This document shows positions 1 through 10,671 of a stretch of DNA of 64,000 nt, one piece after another. The stretch is from contig JBOEGF010000002.1 of the NCBI GenBank assembly GCA_050633305.1, positions 249,624-313,623 of the forward strand. Direction: 5' to 3'. Each line of letters opens with the position of its first letter. Positions within the stretch are counted from its first letter, which is position 1. This DNA comes from Nannocystales bacterium (GTDB lineage: Bacteria > Myxococcota_A > Polyangia > Nannocystales > Nannocystaceae). The position numbers and the translations under genes were made by a program. A model generated the notes under the pieces. That model was not told the origin of the DNA, searched no databases, and worked only from the letters and a program-made list of their open reading frames with translations.

Positions 1-220
1 CAGCGGGACCCCCGTCGAGGTGTCGCCGGCCCAACGTTGAACGTCTCAACTTCGTAAGACAGCGGAGCGCCCGGTAGGGTCGCGGAGCCCCCCTTGCGAT
101 GACCGCCCATCGTATGATGCAGATGTCCGGAACCTCGGAGAGATCTCGTGGCGGTCGTGATCCGGACGGCTCCGTACCCGGAATCCAGCCGTCGCAAGCG
201 GTCCGCTACAATGCGTCGCA

Positions 221-1018
221 GTGACCGACCGGTTGCGGATCATTTCGTGGAATGTGGGAGGGTTGCGGGCGGCGGCGCGCAAGGGGCTGCGCCGAAAGCT
301 GCGAGGATTGTCGCCCGACATCTTCGCCATTCAAGAGGTTCGGGCGCGCGTCGACCAAATGACGCGCGCACTACACCACCCGCGGGGCTTCAGCGCGCGC
401 TACGTCGCCGCGGAGCGCCCGGGTTACAGCGGTGTCGGGATCTGGTCCAGGGCTGAGCCTGATGAAGTCACTGGCCCGTTGGGCGAACCCCGTTTCGATT
501 GTGAGGGTCGGATGATCATCGCTCGCTGGGGACGCTTGGCGATCGCCAATGTCTACTTCCCCAATGGCAACGGGAAAGACCGCAACAACGAACGGGTGCC
601 CTACAAGCTCGACTTCTACCGCTACGTCTTCGCCGAGGTGCAACGACGTCGGAAGGCCGGCCAGCGCGTGCTTGTGATGGGCGACTTCAACACGGCCCGA
701 GCGCCGATCGATCTCGCGCGACCCAAGGGCAACAAGCACACCTCGGGCTGGCTACCTGACGAGGTCGCCGAACTCGCGCGATGGATCGATGCCGGTTGGG
801 TCGACACCTTTCGCGCCTTCGAGCCGGGCCCCGGCCACTACACTTGGTGGAGCACACGCGGGGATGTACGGGCGCGCAATGTCGGATGGCGCATCGACTA
901 CGTGCTCGCCTCCCCCGCAGCGATGCACTTCGTGAGGAGCGCGACGATCTACCCGCGGGTGATGGGCTCGGACCACTGCCCGGTCGGCGTGGATCTTGAC
1001 CCCCTGATCTGCGACTGA
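221..1018 (+). CDS. xth: Exodeoxyribonuclease III (AP endonuclease)
   Basis: Motifs ISWNVGG, IQE, GYSGV, NVYFPNG, GDFN, WVDTFR, YTWW, GWRIDY, GSDHCP. Confidence 0.95.
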   Translation: MTDRLRIISWNVGGLRAAARKGLRRKLRGLSPDIFAIQEVRARVDQMTRALHHPRGFSARYVAAERPGYSGVGIWSRAEPDEVTGPLGEPRFDCEGRMIIARWGRLAIANVYFPNGNGKDRNNERVPYKLDFYRYVFAEVQRRRKAGQRVLVMGDFNTARAPIDLARPKGNKHTSGWLPDEVAELARWIDAGWVDTFRAFEPGPGHYTWWSTRGDVRARNVGWRIDYVLASPAAMHFVRSATIYPRVMGSDHCPVGVDLDPLICD

Positions 1019-1147
1019 GCCACGCATCGCGGCGAACGAACCTCTCCGGCGGCGAAGCAGTTGCAGTCTCGAGGGTTCGGGACCAAGCGGCCCCGTCCTG
1101 AGACACCGCCGAGAGCCTTCAGACAAGAGGCGAGAGCCGTAGAAGCA

Positions 1148-2773
1148 GTGGATGTCGTGCGGCTTCTCGGAGAACTGCCGCCTGCGCCGCAGCCTTGCTA
1201 CTCTGGCAGCGTGTTCGGGGATGAACGGGACGACGTTGAGCACCGGGCTCGGATCTCCGAGTTTCTGCAAGCGACGTTTGAGGCGATGGAGGAAGGCGTC
1301 GCAATCTTCGATGACGCGCTGCGCCTGGTGTCGTGGAACCAGCGGTACCTGGACATCATGGGTGAGGCGGTGAAGCCGTTGACCAAACATGGGATGCGGC
1401 TGCTCGACCTCTACGTCGAGAGCGCGAAGAAGGGCTTGTTTGGGCCCGGCGACCCGGTCGCGATCGCCGAAGCGCGAATCCAGGCGGTGCGAACGGGGCC
1501 ACTCATCCACACCGAAGACCTCACACCAGCGCCCGGTCGCGTCGTTCGTATCAACCGCTTTCGGCTCGAAAACGGTGGGATATGCGCAACGTTCCGTGAT
1601 GAAACGGAAGAGCGTCGGGTCGAGGCTCAACTGCGACAGGCTCAGAAGATGGAGGCGGTTGGCAAGCTGACCGGTGGTGTTGCTCATGACCTCAACAACA
1701 TCCTTGCGGTCGTCATCGGCAACATCGAGATCCTGACGGACTCCGCCGCGGCCGGCCCCGAACGAGAATCGCTCGACGATGTCCTGGCTGCGGCGAACCG
1801 TGGTGCCGAGCTCACGCATCGCCTGCTGGCGTTCGCACGTCAGCAACCGTTGACCCCTCAGCCCACCGATGTCGCTCCCTTGCTCGAGACGTTGTGCTCG
1901 ATGCTTCGTCGCCTGCTTGGAGAAACGATCGCCGTCGAGGTCGTGGCTGCCCCCGACTTGTGGCCTTGCGATGTCGATCGCAGCCAGTTCGAGAACACGA
2001 TTGTCAACCTCGCGGTCAACGCTCGTGACGCGTTCGGTCCGACCGGCGGAACGGTCACGATCGAAGTTGCAAACCTCGAGCTCGACGGCAAGAGCGCGCA
2101 CGAGATCGAGGGAGCGGTTGCAGGCCAGTATGTCGCGGTCACCGTCACGGACGACGGGGCCGGGATGGCAGACGATGTTCGCTCTCGCGCCTTCGATCCG
2201 TTCTTCACCACGAAGCCGACCGGGCACGGAACTGGACTCGGGTTGTCGATGGTTCACGGGTTTGTGAAGCAGTCGGGCGGGCACGTTCGGATCGACTCCG
2301 CGCCCGGAAAAGGGACCTCGGTTCGCCTTCTCCTGCCTCGAAGTGCAGCCGCCAATCCAACGGTTGCCGGCTTGCCCGAACCCGACGAGCGGTCAGAAGC
2401 TCTCGCGGGAGAGACGGTCTTCGTCGTTGAGGACGACGCCCGCGTCCGCGCCGTGGTCACTCGCCAGCTCCAGGTGCTGGGGTACTCCGTCTTGGGAGCT
2501 GCAACCGCCGAGGAGGCGCTTCGTGCCCTGGATGCAGGTGTCCCGGTCGACCTCCTGCTGACCGACGTGGTGCTTCCGGGGGGGATGACTGGACCCGCGC
2601 TGGCTTCGCGGGTGGCGACCTCGCGACCGGACCTCCCCGTGGTCTTCATGAGCGGTTACACGGAGAACGTGATTCCGCAGACCCAACTCGACGCCGAAGT
2701 GACACTGCTGAACAAACCGTTTCGATTGGCCGACCTGGGCCGCGTGCTGCGACGGAAGTTGTCCAGGCCCTAG
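1148..2773 (+). CDS. Hybrid sensor histidine kinase (PAS-HisKA-HATPase-REC)
   Basis: PAS-like EGVAIFDDALRLVSWN; QKMEAVGKLTGGVAHDLNN H-box; NLAVNARDA, DDGAG, FFTTK, GTGLGL; receiver VVEDD..LTDVVLP..FMSG..KPF. Start uncertain (ORF opens at 1061). Confidence 0.9.
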   Translation: MDVVRLLGELPPAPQPCYSGSVFGDERDDVEHRARISEFLQATFEAMEEGVAIFDDALRLVSWNQRYLDIMGEAVKPLTKHGMRLLDLYVESAKKGLFGPGDPVAIAEARIQAVRTGPLIHTEDLTPAPGRVVRINRFRLENGGICATFRDETEERRVEAQLRQAQKMEAVGKLTGGVAHDLNNILAVVIGNIEILTDSAAAGPERESLDDVLAAANRGAELTHRLLAFARQQPLTPQPTDVAPLLETLCSMLRRLLGETIAVEVVAAPDLWPCDVDRSQFENTIVNLAVNARDAFGPTGGTVTIEVANLELDGKSAHEIEGAVAGQYVAVTVTDDGAGMADDVRSRAFDPFFTTKPTGHGTGLGLSMVHGFVKQSGGHVRIDSAPGKGTSVRLLLPRSAAANPTVAGLPEPDERSEALAGETVFVVEDDARVRAVVTRQLQVLGYSVLGAATAEEALRALDAGVPVDLLLTDVVLPGGMTGPALASRVATSRPDLPVVFMSGYTENVIPQTQLDAEVTLLNKPFRLADLGRVLRRKLSRP

Positions 2774-2975
2774 GGGGCGAAACCGATCGCCGACTTGGCT
2801 CCTGACCGCGTCGCCGAGAGTTGCCGTACGCGCCCCGCCCTCCCCCGGTATCGGCAGCCGGGCGACCTGCGCGGTTCCTGCGAGAGCCCGAATCACACGC
2901 CGCCGACCGGAATCGAGGGCGAGTCGGGCTCAGGCCGTGCGACGGTTGCAACAGTCGCGGCGTCCGGACCCCGGC

Positions 2976-3752
2976 ATGCGTCTCTCCACTGTCTTGTTCT
3001 GTTCTTCCGTTCTGCTCGGTGGCTGTTTCCGAGGCCGCGGCAGCAAAGGGACGGTCCCTGTCCAGCCCGACCTCCCGCCGCTGCCGGAGTTCGTCGAAGT
3101 CTGTGTCTCGAAGGCCGTGGTCCTGCCAGCGAAGCTCAACGGCAAGTCATGGGACGGCATCGGTCGGGCCAACCGTAAGGCTCGCAAGCTGTTGCCCGAC
3201 CTGATCGCTGCGTCTCAGGGCGGCGGCTATGCAGCGGCGCTGTCTGCGGCTGGCTCGGTCGGGACGACGGTCTTCAACAAGGTGAAGGGTCCACCGGACC
3301 TACGGGTTCAGATGCAACTAGGTCGCGAGTACATCGTTCGCACCGACTACGTGAAGGACACCGCGATCGCTCCGTTCGGTTCCAGCGAGGCGAACTGCGC
3401 CGTGATCGCGCGCGAGGAGTACGGGGAGCGGGTGCAGTTCGTTGTCGAGGATGTCGACGTGGCCAAGACCGAGGTCGTGGGCACGACCTCGTTCGTGGGG
3501 ATTCCCGTCGACGCGATTCGCTCTGGGTCCTGGCAGGTCCTCGGTTTCGATGCGGTGGTGGAGATCGAGCTGACCATGCAGCCGATGGAGAAGGCATCCA
3601 ACCGAGTTCCTCTTGCGGACGAGGCGGCTCCCCCTTCGGTCGGGGACGAGGGCGGCGACGACGCAGCTGACCCGAACCCGGCGGGGAGCAACCCGGGGCC
3701 GACGCCGGAGGCCGTGAACACCGACGCGAACGGCTGGACGATCGACGAGTAG
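2976..3752 (+). CDS. Lipoprotein with C2-like domain
   Basis: Signal MRLSTVLFCSSVLLGGC (lipobox); GKSWDG...PDLRVQM..RT..VKDT..PF...VEDVD....VVG resembles the C2 pattern; acidic tail. Confidence 0.65.
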   Translation: MRLSTVLFCSSVLLGGCFRGRGSKGTVPVQPDLPPLPEFVEVCVSKAVVLPAKLNGKSWDGIGRANRKARKLLPDLIAASQGGGYAAALSAAGSVGTTVFNKVKGPPDLRVQMQLGREYIVRTDYVKDTAIAPFGSSEANCAVIAREEYGERVQFVVEDVDVAKTEVVGTTSFVGIPVDAIRSGSWQVLGFDAVVEIELTMQPMEKASNRVPLADEAAPPSVGDEGGDDAADPNPAGSNPGPTPEAVNTDANGWTIDE

Positions 3753-3818
3753 GAAAGGACCAAGAAAGCGACCCACTCGGCCCCTGCCCGAGCCGGTCGT
3801 TTCCGGTCGAGGCACCGT

Positions 3819-4172
3819 CTACTCGTCGTTGGGGTTGTCGTAGTGCGCGACGCAGGAACACGACACCGACGTGCGCGAGTCGGCGAAGCAGTTCGAGGGG
3901 AGCGAGTCCACCGAGTAGTCCGGACACTCGGAGGGCTCAGGATCCACACACGCACCGCCGACAGCCACGGGAAAACACGAAATGACCGTGACGAGGTCGG
4001 CTTGGGGACCTGCGGCCTCCTCGCAGGCCTCCTGACAGGTCGTTGAGGAGTCATACACGGACAGCTGCCGCTGCTTTTCGCACTCGTTGGGGAAGGCCAG
4101 CAGCCACCACTTGTCCAGGGTTTGACATATGTTTTGAGCGAGGCGACGTCTACGCCTGGGGGAAGGCTTCAA
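3819..4172 (-). CDS. Small Cys-rich hypothetical protein (possibly a remnant)
   Basis: C-terminal half is protein-like and Cys-rich (CQEAC..SC..AC..EC..NC..SCSC); no clean signal peptide or start. Confidence 0.3.
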   Translation of the reverse strand: MKPSPRRRRRLAQNICQTLDKWWLLAFPNECEKQRQLSVYDSSTTCQEACEEAAGPQADLVTVISCFPVAVGGACVDPEPSECPDYSVDSLPSNCFADSRTSVSCSCVAHYDNPNDE

Positions 4173-4175
4173 GCG

Positions 4176-6536
4176 CTAGTCGACTTCTCCTGGGTCGCGA
4201 CGTTGGGTCAGGGGACACCGCAAGCGTGCATGGAACGTGTCGCCCTCGCGCTCGAGGTGCAGCTCCCATCCACACAGTCGCGCCAGCTCCTCGGCGATCG
4301 AGCGGCCGCCGTAGGCCTTGTCGGCCCGGGTTGGCTTCGAGACCTCCACCACCGTGTTGTGCACGTGCAAACCCAACTCGCGGCGTCCACGGTCGACCTC
4401 GGCCTCGAGCGCGACGGTCGTCCCCGGAGCGCCGTGTTTGATCGCGTTGACCAGCAACTCCCCAAGGAGGAACCCGAAGACGCCATCGGCGGGTACGGTC
4501 AGCCGGTATCCCTCGGGCCAGTCGACCCAGGACTCGAGCACCGCACTCCGCTCGCCGACCTCCCCCGCGGATGCGAGCGCCCCGTTGTTCCAGTGAAGCC
4601 GTGCGCGGAGCCTGGGGTCACCGCGTACGACGGCGAAGATCCGCTCGTACTGTCCGAGCGCGCCTGCGAGGTGTTCGGGCCCGAGAATGCGCTCGGCCTC
4701 AGGGCGGGCCCGTCCGCCCCAGTGCCCCAGCACCCACTGGCTGACCTGAAGTCGACGCAACAGGTACTCGGCCAGCCAACGGCAGAACGCTTGCTCGTCT
4801 TCGGTTCGGGCGTGTTCGAGCTGGCTGGCAAGGACCCGAGCCAGGGTGTCGGCGCCATGGTCCAACAGCGCGGCGAGTCGGTTGCGCTCGTCTCGCCTCG
4901 CGGTGTCCCGATGCACGTCGAGCACGGGCGCGAGTTCGGCCTCGTCCTCCACCACGCAGACCAAGCCAAGCCGGTGGTGCGCGGCGGCACCGAACCCGGG
5001 CAGCGGTTCACGTAATGAGACCGACCGAACCAGCGCGAAGCTGCTGGTGCCATCGTCGCCCCGCAACCGCACCCCGTACGCACGCCTTCGCCCCCCACCG
5101 GCCTGCTCCTGTCGGTACAGCGCACGAGCATCGGCGTCCGGCTCGACACTGTCTGCAAACGGCTGACCGGGCCGAAGTCCCACCGAGCACGCGGCGGCGT
5201 TGGCCCGGACCACCGTGTCGTCATTGGGGTCGACCACGACGAGCGGGACATCGAGGCGGTCGATCGCGTCCTGGGCTGCGTCGCGTTCTTCCTCGGCCCG
5301 GAACCAGCGTCGCTCCGCCCACAGCAGCAAGACCACGAGCAGACCTGGGATCACCAGCATGGACCCCCAGGGCATCGAAGCCCGCCCCTGCATCGTCCAA
5401 CCCACCAGCCACCGCTCTCGGCTGACCTGCACGGCGAACAACGCCCCACGGCCGTCTTCGAGGCGGTGATGCACGACGGGCCCCTGCGGCGCCCATGCGT
5501 TCTCTCGGCCCTCCCGCAACGCTTGAACCTGCACTTCGCGACGCAGAGCCTCGGGGGCATCGGGCCGTAGAGACTTGGCCAGCGTGCTCCACGGTTGCCA
5601 CCAGGGTGCACGTGGTGACGGGGTGGAAGCGACCGGCTCGGTCACGATCCGAAGCTGGGGTCCGTCCGCGCGCTCCAGGCGGGCCAGGTCGACATCGGCG
5701 ACCACGTCGGCTGCGAGCATCAGACGGTTGCGACTTCCGGGGTACTGCACGGGTACGGAGATGGTCGCGACGAAGCCGGATCCCCCCACGTCGGCGTAGA
5801 TGCCGGAGTAGTGCGTCTGCTCTGCAAGAGGTCGTTCGAAGTCGAACTCGCGGAACACCGCGCTCGAGACGAGATTGGGCTCCCCGGGTCGACGTTGGCT
5901 CAGCCGTGTTTCCTGTTCCAACGGATCCCCGCCGGACGGCGTGGGCCCCGGAAACGGCCGCGACAAGAAGCTCCCGTCCTCCATCACAACATACAGACGG
6001 AGCAGGTGTGGCTCGTCGTCGTGTCTTCGCTCGTTCCAGCTGGCCGCGGCCGCCACCAGGTGCGCACTTGCCCGCCGCAGATCGGGGCCGAGGTCCGGTC
6101 GTGACTCGAAGAGGTTGCGCCGCCGATCGAGGACCAGCGTGTCGTGACCAAGCTGCACATGTTTGGTGAGGCGAAACGAGCCCTCGTGGCCGGGATCGCC
6201 GGGCGAGTCGACCACGGTGACTGCCGCCGAAGACTTCGTGGGGACTTGCCCATGCAGCAACGCGGTCACCGGGTCCATCCGCGCGGGAGGCTCGTGCGAT
6301 GGGCGAAGCAACGCTTCGGGGATCCCCACGTCGTGCAGCAGGTCGAGCAGCCACGCCTCCACGCCGGGGGCCTCGACCAAGCGAGGGGTGTGAGAGGTGG
6401 CCAGCAGGCGCGCCAGCGTCTGGGCTCGCCCATCCTCGAGCTGAGCCTCAAAGCGTCGGTGGGTCCACCACGCGCCCAGACCCACCACCGCCAAGCAGAG
6501 CACCAAGATCGCGAGACGTCGATGGGAGCGGCGCAT
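4176..6536 (-). CDS. Membrane sensor histidine kinase-like protein with degenerate ATPase domain
   Basis: Two TM helices; Cache-like YSGIYADVGGSGFVATISVPV; PAS-like LVVVDP..VVRANAAA; N-box ELLVNAIKHG; DxGxG box not visible. Confidence 0.75.
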   Translation of the reverse strand: MRRSHRRLAILVLCLAVVGLGAWWTHRRFEAQLEDGRAQTLARLLATSHTPRLVEAPGVEAWLLDLLHDVGIPEALLRPSHEPPARMDPVTALLHGQVPTKSSAAVTVVDSPGDPGHEGSFRLTKHVQLGHDTLVLDRRRNLFESRPDLGPDLRRASAHLVAAAASWNERRHDDEPHLLRLYVVMEDGSFLSRPFPGPTPSGGDPLEQETRLSQRRPGEPNLVSSAVFREFDFERPLAEQTHYSGIYADVGGSGFVATISVPVQYPGSRNRLMLAADVVADVDLARLERADGPQLRIVTEPVASTPSPRAPWWQPWSTLAKSLRPDAPEALRREVQVQALREGRENAWAPQGPVVHHRLEDGRGALFAVQVSRERWLVGWTMQGRASMPWGSMLVIPGLLVVLLLWAERRWFRAEEERDAAQDAIDRLDVPLVVVDPNDDTVVRANAAACSVGLRPGQPFADSVEPDADARALYRQEQAGGGRRRAYGVRLRGDDGTSSFALVRSVSLREPLPGFGAAAHHRLGLVCVVEDEAELAPVLDVHRDTARRDERNRLAALLDHGADTLARVLASQLEHARTEDEQAFCRWLAEYLLRRLQVSQWVLGHWGGRARPEAERILGPEHLAGALGQYERIFAVVRGDPRLRARLHWNNGALASAGEVGERSAVLESWVDWPEGYRLTVPADGVFGFLLGELLVNAIKHGAPGTTVALEAEVDRGRRELGLHVHNTVVEVSKPTRADKAYGGRSIAEELARLCGWELHLEREGDTFHARLRCPLTQRRDPGEVD

Positions 6537-6575
6537 GGTGAACGGAGGGTGGCTGCACTACGATGGACGGGCGAG

Positions 6576-7586
6576 ATGAAGCTCCCCCGTCGCCCCTTGG
6601 TCGTCGTCGAAGATCACCTCTATCACATCGACGAACTCCTCGGCCTGCTCCAAAGACAGACACCCGGCCTGCTCTCGCGGCTCACGGTGGTCTGTCTGGA
6701 TCGACCTGGACCCGACACGCAGGCCGCGGTGGAGCGCTGGGCCGTCCGCTTTCCCGGGGTTCTCATCGTTGCCGACGTCGCGCCTCCCGACCCTTCGCGG
6801 CAACAGGCCCTGCCGCCCGAAGCCCTGCAACGAGAGAAGGGCTACGTCGACATGATCGCCGACCTCCTCACCCCTCGTGGGGTCCTCTTGCAGGACATCC
6901 AGCTGGAGCCGCTGCGGTTCTTGGCCGCCGACGAATGGTGGGAAACCATCTATCTCGCGTCCAATGTCAGAGGCCGGTACGGCGATGGAAGGCCGCGGTG
7001 TGTCTTCATGTCGAACAAGCGCGCGTTCGAGGCCACGTTCGGCAAGAAGCTGCGCAACGCCGGCTTCGACGAAGACGATGTGTTGAGCAAGGACGAGCTC
7101 GAACACACGCTCTCGCCGCTGCTGCATCGCTGCCTACGCGAAGCGTTTCCCCTGGAAGTCGAGCGCTCCGACGTGCGCGGAGACCACTGGCTCAGCGACA
7201 CCGACGACGACGCCAAGGACGTGAGCGAGGCCCTCGACCTGGTGCTGTGGGAGCATCGAACGTCCAAGGTCGTCTTGACGGGGGACGCCATCGCAGGTGG
7301 GCGCGTCGAACTGTCGTCCACCAGCCATGAGGCCACCACGTGGCGTGCTTTGGTCGAGGCGCACCTGTCCCGAACCGCAGGCATCCCCACCCACCAACTC
7401 GGGGAACGCATCGCACCCGAACACGCGCTGCGGGCCGAACAGAGCAATGCTGCCTCGCGTCACATGCACAAGCTTCGCACACGCCTGCGCGACAAGGGCA
7501 CCGTGATGACCGCCCAGCACTGCTACCGCCTGGCCGAACACGTTCGCGCGGGCCGGGTCCGACGGCGGCCGCGTTCACCTCTCTAA
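6576..7586 (+). CDS. Atypical response-regulator-like protein with C-terminal winged helix
   Basis: Receiver-like start LVVVEDH; OmpR-like tail NAASRHMHKLRTRL..VMTAQHCYRL; divergent from the kinase. Confidence 0.6.
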   Translation: MKLPRRPLVVVEDHLYHIDELLGLLQRQTPGLLSRLTVVCLDRPGPDTQAAVERWAVRFPGVLIVADVAPPDPSRQQALPPEALQREKGYVDMIADLLTPRGVLLQDIQLEPLRFLAADEWWETIYLASNVRGRYGDGRPRCVFMSNKRAFEATFGKKLRNAGFDEDDVLSKDELEHTLSPLLHRCLREAFPLEVERSDVRGDHWLSDTDDDAKDVSEALDLVLWEHRTSKVVLTGDAIAGGRVELSSTSHEATTWRALVEAHLSRTAGIPTHQLGERIAPEHALRAEQSNAASRHMHKLRTRLRDKGTVMTAQHCYRLAEHVRAGRVRRRPRSPL

Positions 7587-7694
7587 CACCGCATGAACCA
7601 CCTCCCTCGACCTCCCCCTCGCTCCGCCCTTGAGATGGAGGGCGGTGGAGGTCCGTGCATAGTCACTGTGGGGCCTGCCCCCTAGCGTGCCCGG

Positions 7695-9125
<1,431 letters not shown>

Positions 9126-9210
9126 TCAGCCGTTCGAAGCCGTCCCCACGCCGCGCCAAACCTCGGCCAAAGCGGCGCCCATCGAGAAACGCCGCCGAGA
9201 ACAATACGAG

Positions 9211-10398
9211 TCACCCGGGCAAAGACCCGCGCGGGGATGGCCGAGCTCCACCAAGTTCGGGAATCTCCGACGACCGCGCGTTCCCGGTCGCTGAGGGCCC
9301 AGCTTGTCTGGACCCCGTTAGCAGCCACGCCGCCACGCCCACCGCAGCAAGCCCCACGGCAACCGCCAGGACGACCAGCAACCGACGGGGTCCGTACGCG
9401 CCGCCGCGTTTGGCAACTGCATCTTCGTGGACGACGGTGGGCTCGCCCTTCGGAACGTCGGGCTCTGTCGGCACGGCTTCGGCAGCCCTCCGCGCCAACA
9501 CTTTCAAGTCGGGCAAGGCCATCACGGTCCCTTGTCCGCTGTCTGAGAGCTGCACGCATCGTCGACGCCGCAGCTCGTCGAGCGCTCGAAGCGTCGGGGC
9601 TCGGCCGAACACGCTGCGCTCGGCGACGGCGTCGATCGAAGACATGCCGTCGCACATGCGCCAGACGGCCCACAGAACTTTGTGCGCACCCTCGCCCTCG
9701 CTGGCATCCTCGCTCTCGAGGTCCCCAAAGCTCGTCTCGCCGTCCGAACCAGCACCACCGGACTGGAGCGTGCACGCGGTCTGAAGAGGCGGAGAGAGCG
9801 GGACCACGATCCGCGACAGCGGCTGAAGCCGGACTTCGATGAGTTGGCAGTCATCCGACTCGCGAGCAAAGTCCATGAGCAAGTGCTGCAAGCTCGGAGC
9901 GTCCTCGAGGTCGAGACGGGAACCCGTCCATCGAACGTCACCACGGAGCACGGACACGGTCGAACCAACCTCGGTCGCCATGGGCAGGTGCTCGAGTACG
10001 CAGCGCTCGACGAAGAGCCTGACCAAACCCACCCCAGAGCGGCCGGGTCTCGCCATGGCTCGTTCGATCTCCTGAGTTCGTGCCGCCTGTGACCAAGCCT
10101 GCATCGAGCCCCGCGGGCCCGTTCCGAACGCGCCCACCACCCGACCTTGTTGGAGCGCAAACACGACCCCTTCGTCCCCGTGCCGAACGAGCACGACCCC
10201 CGTCGGATCGGTGGAAACGATGCTTCCCAGCAGGTCGACGGCGGGTATCCCGGCCGTCGAACTCGCTTGCAGCGTGTTGACCTCGATCGGGTCGGCGCTG
10301 GTCGTCGCAACTGCGCGCCCACCCAGGGTGATCAACGCTCGCTCCTGTACTGGCGCAATAGAGTTTATGCGCTCCGATGCTTGCCTCACTTGTCCCAT
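9211..10398 (-). CDS. DUF4388/PATAN-like protein with winged helix and C-terminal TM helix
   Basis: TGVVLV..VFALQQGRVVGA; LLMDFARESD; CDGMSSIDAVAERSVFGRAPTLRALDEL; hydrophobic LLVVLAVAVGLAAVGVAAWLL. Confidence 0.55.
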   Translation of the reverse strand: MGQVRQASERINSIAPVQERALITLGGRAVATTSADPIEVNTLQASSTAGIPAVDLLGSIVSTDPTGVVLVRHGDEGVVFALQQGRVVGAFGTGPRGSMQAWSQAARTQEIERAMARPGRSGVGLVRLFVERCVLEHLPMATEVGSTVSVLRGDVRWTGSRLDLEDAPSLQHLLMDFARESDDCQLIEVRLQPLSRIVVPLSPPLQTACTLQSGGAGSDGETSFGDLESEDASEGEGAHKVLWAVWRMCDGMSSIDAVAERSVFGRAPTLRALDELRRRRCVQLSDSGQGTVMALPDLKVLARRAAEAVPTEPDVPKGEPTVVHEDAVAKRGGAYGPRRLLVVLAVAVGLAAVGVAAWLLTGSRQAGPSATGNARSSEIPELGGARPSPRGSLPG

Positions 10399-10671
10399 CC
10401 CCGACCCCGACCTCAGCTCCAGCCCTCATGCGACCGCGCGGGTCGGGATGCGAGTCTCGATTCCCACTTTCTTCGAACGGACCGCCGGCTGGCCCATAGG
10501 CGACCGATTCTGCTCGATCGTGCGCGGACGACCGTGCCCGAATGTCACCAGGACTCGCACGCACACCGACAACTCGATGAGCACTCGAGGGACACGCAAG
10601 AGGGAGATCCGGCCCGGAGCCCTTTCCGAAGCCCGAGACGTCACAGATCGCAGTTCGGTCATCTACCCTCC

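Noticed and set aside
752..2284. Long antisense ORFs (also 11557-13221, 21042-22502, 28657-30186, 41115-42470)
   Set aside because: Shadow ORFs opposite well-supported genes, typical of high-GC codon bias.
6144..6575. N-terminal extension of the 480-aa ORF
   Set aside because: Antisense to the kinase; the real start is likely ATG 6576.
10147..10671. N-terminal 175 aa of the 1084-aa ORF
   Set aside because: Overlaps the divergent gene and has non-protein-like composition; start placed at GTG 10672.
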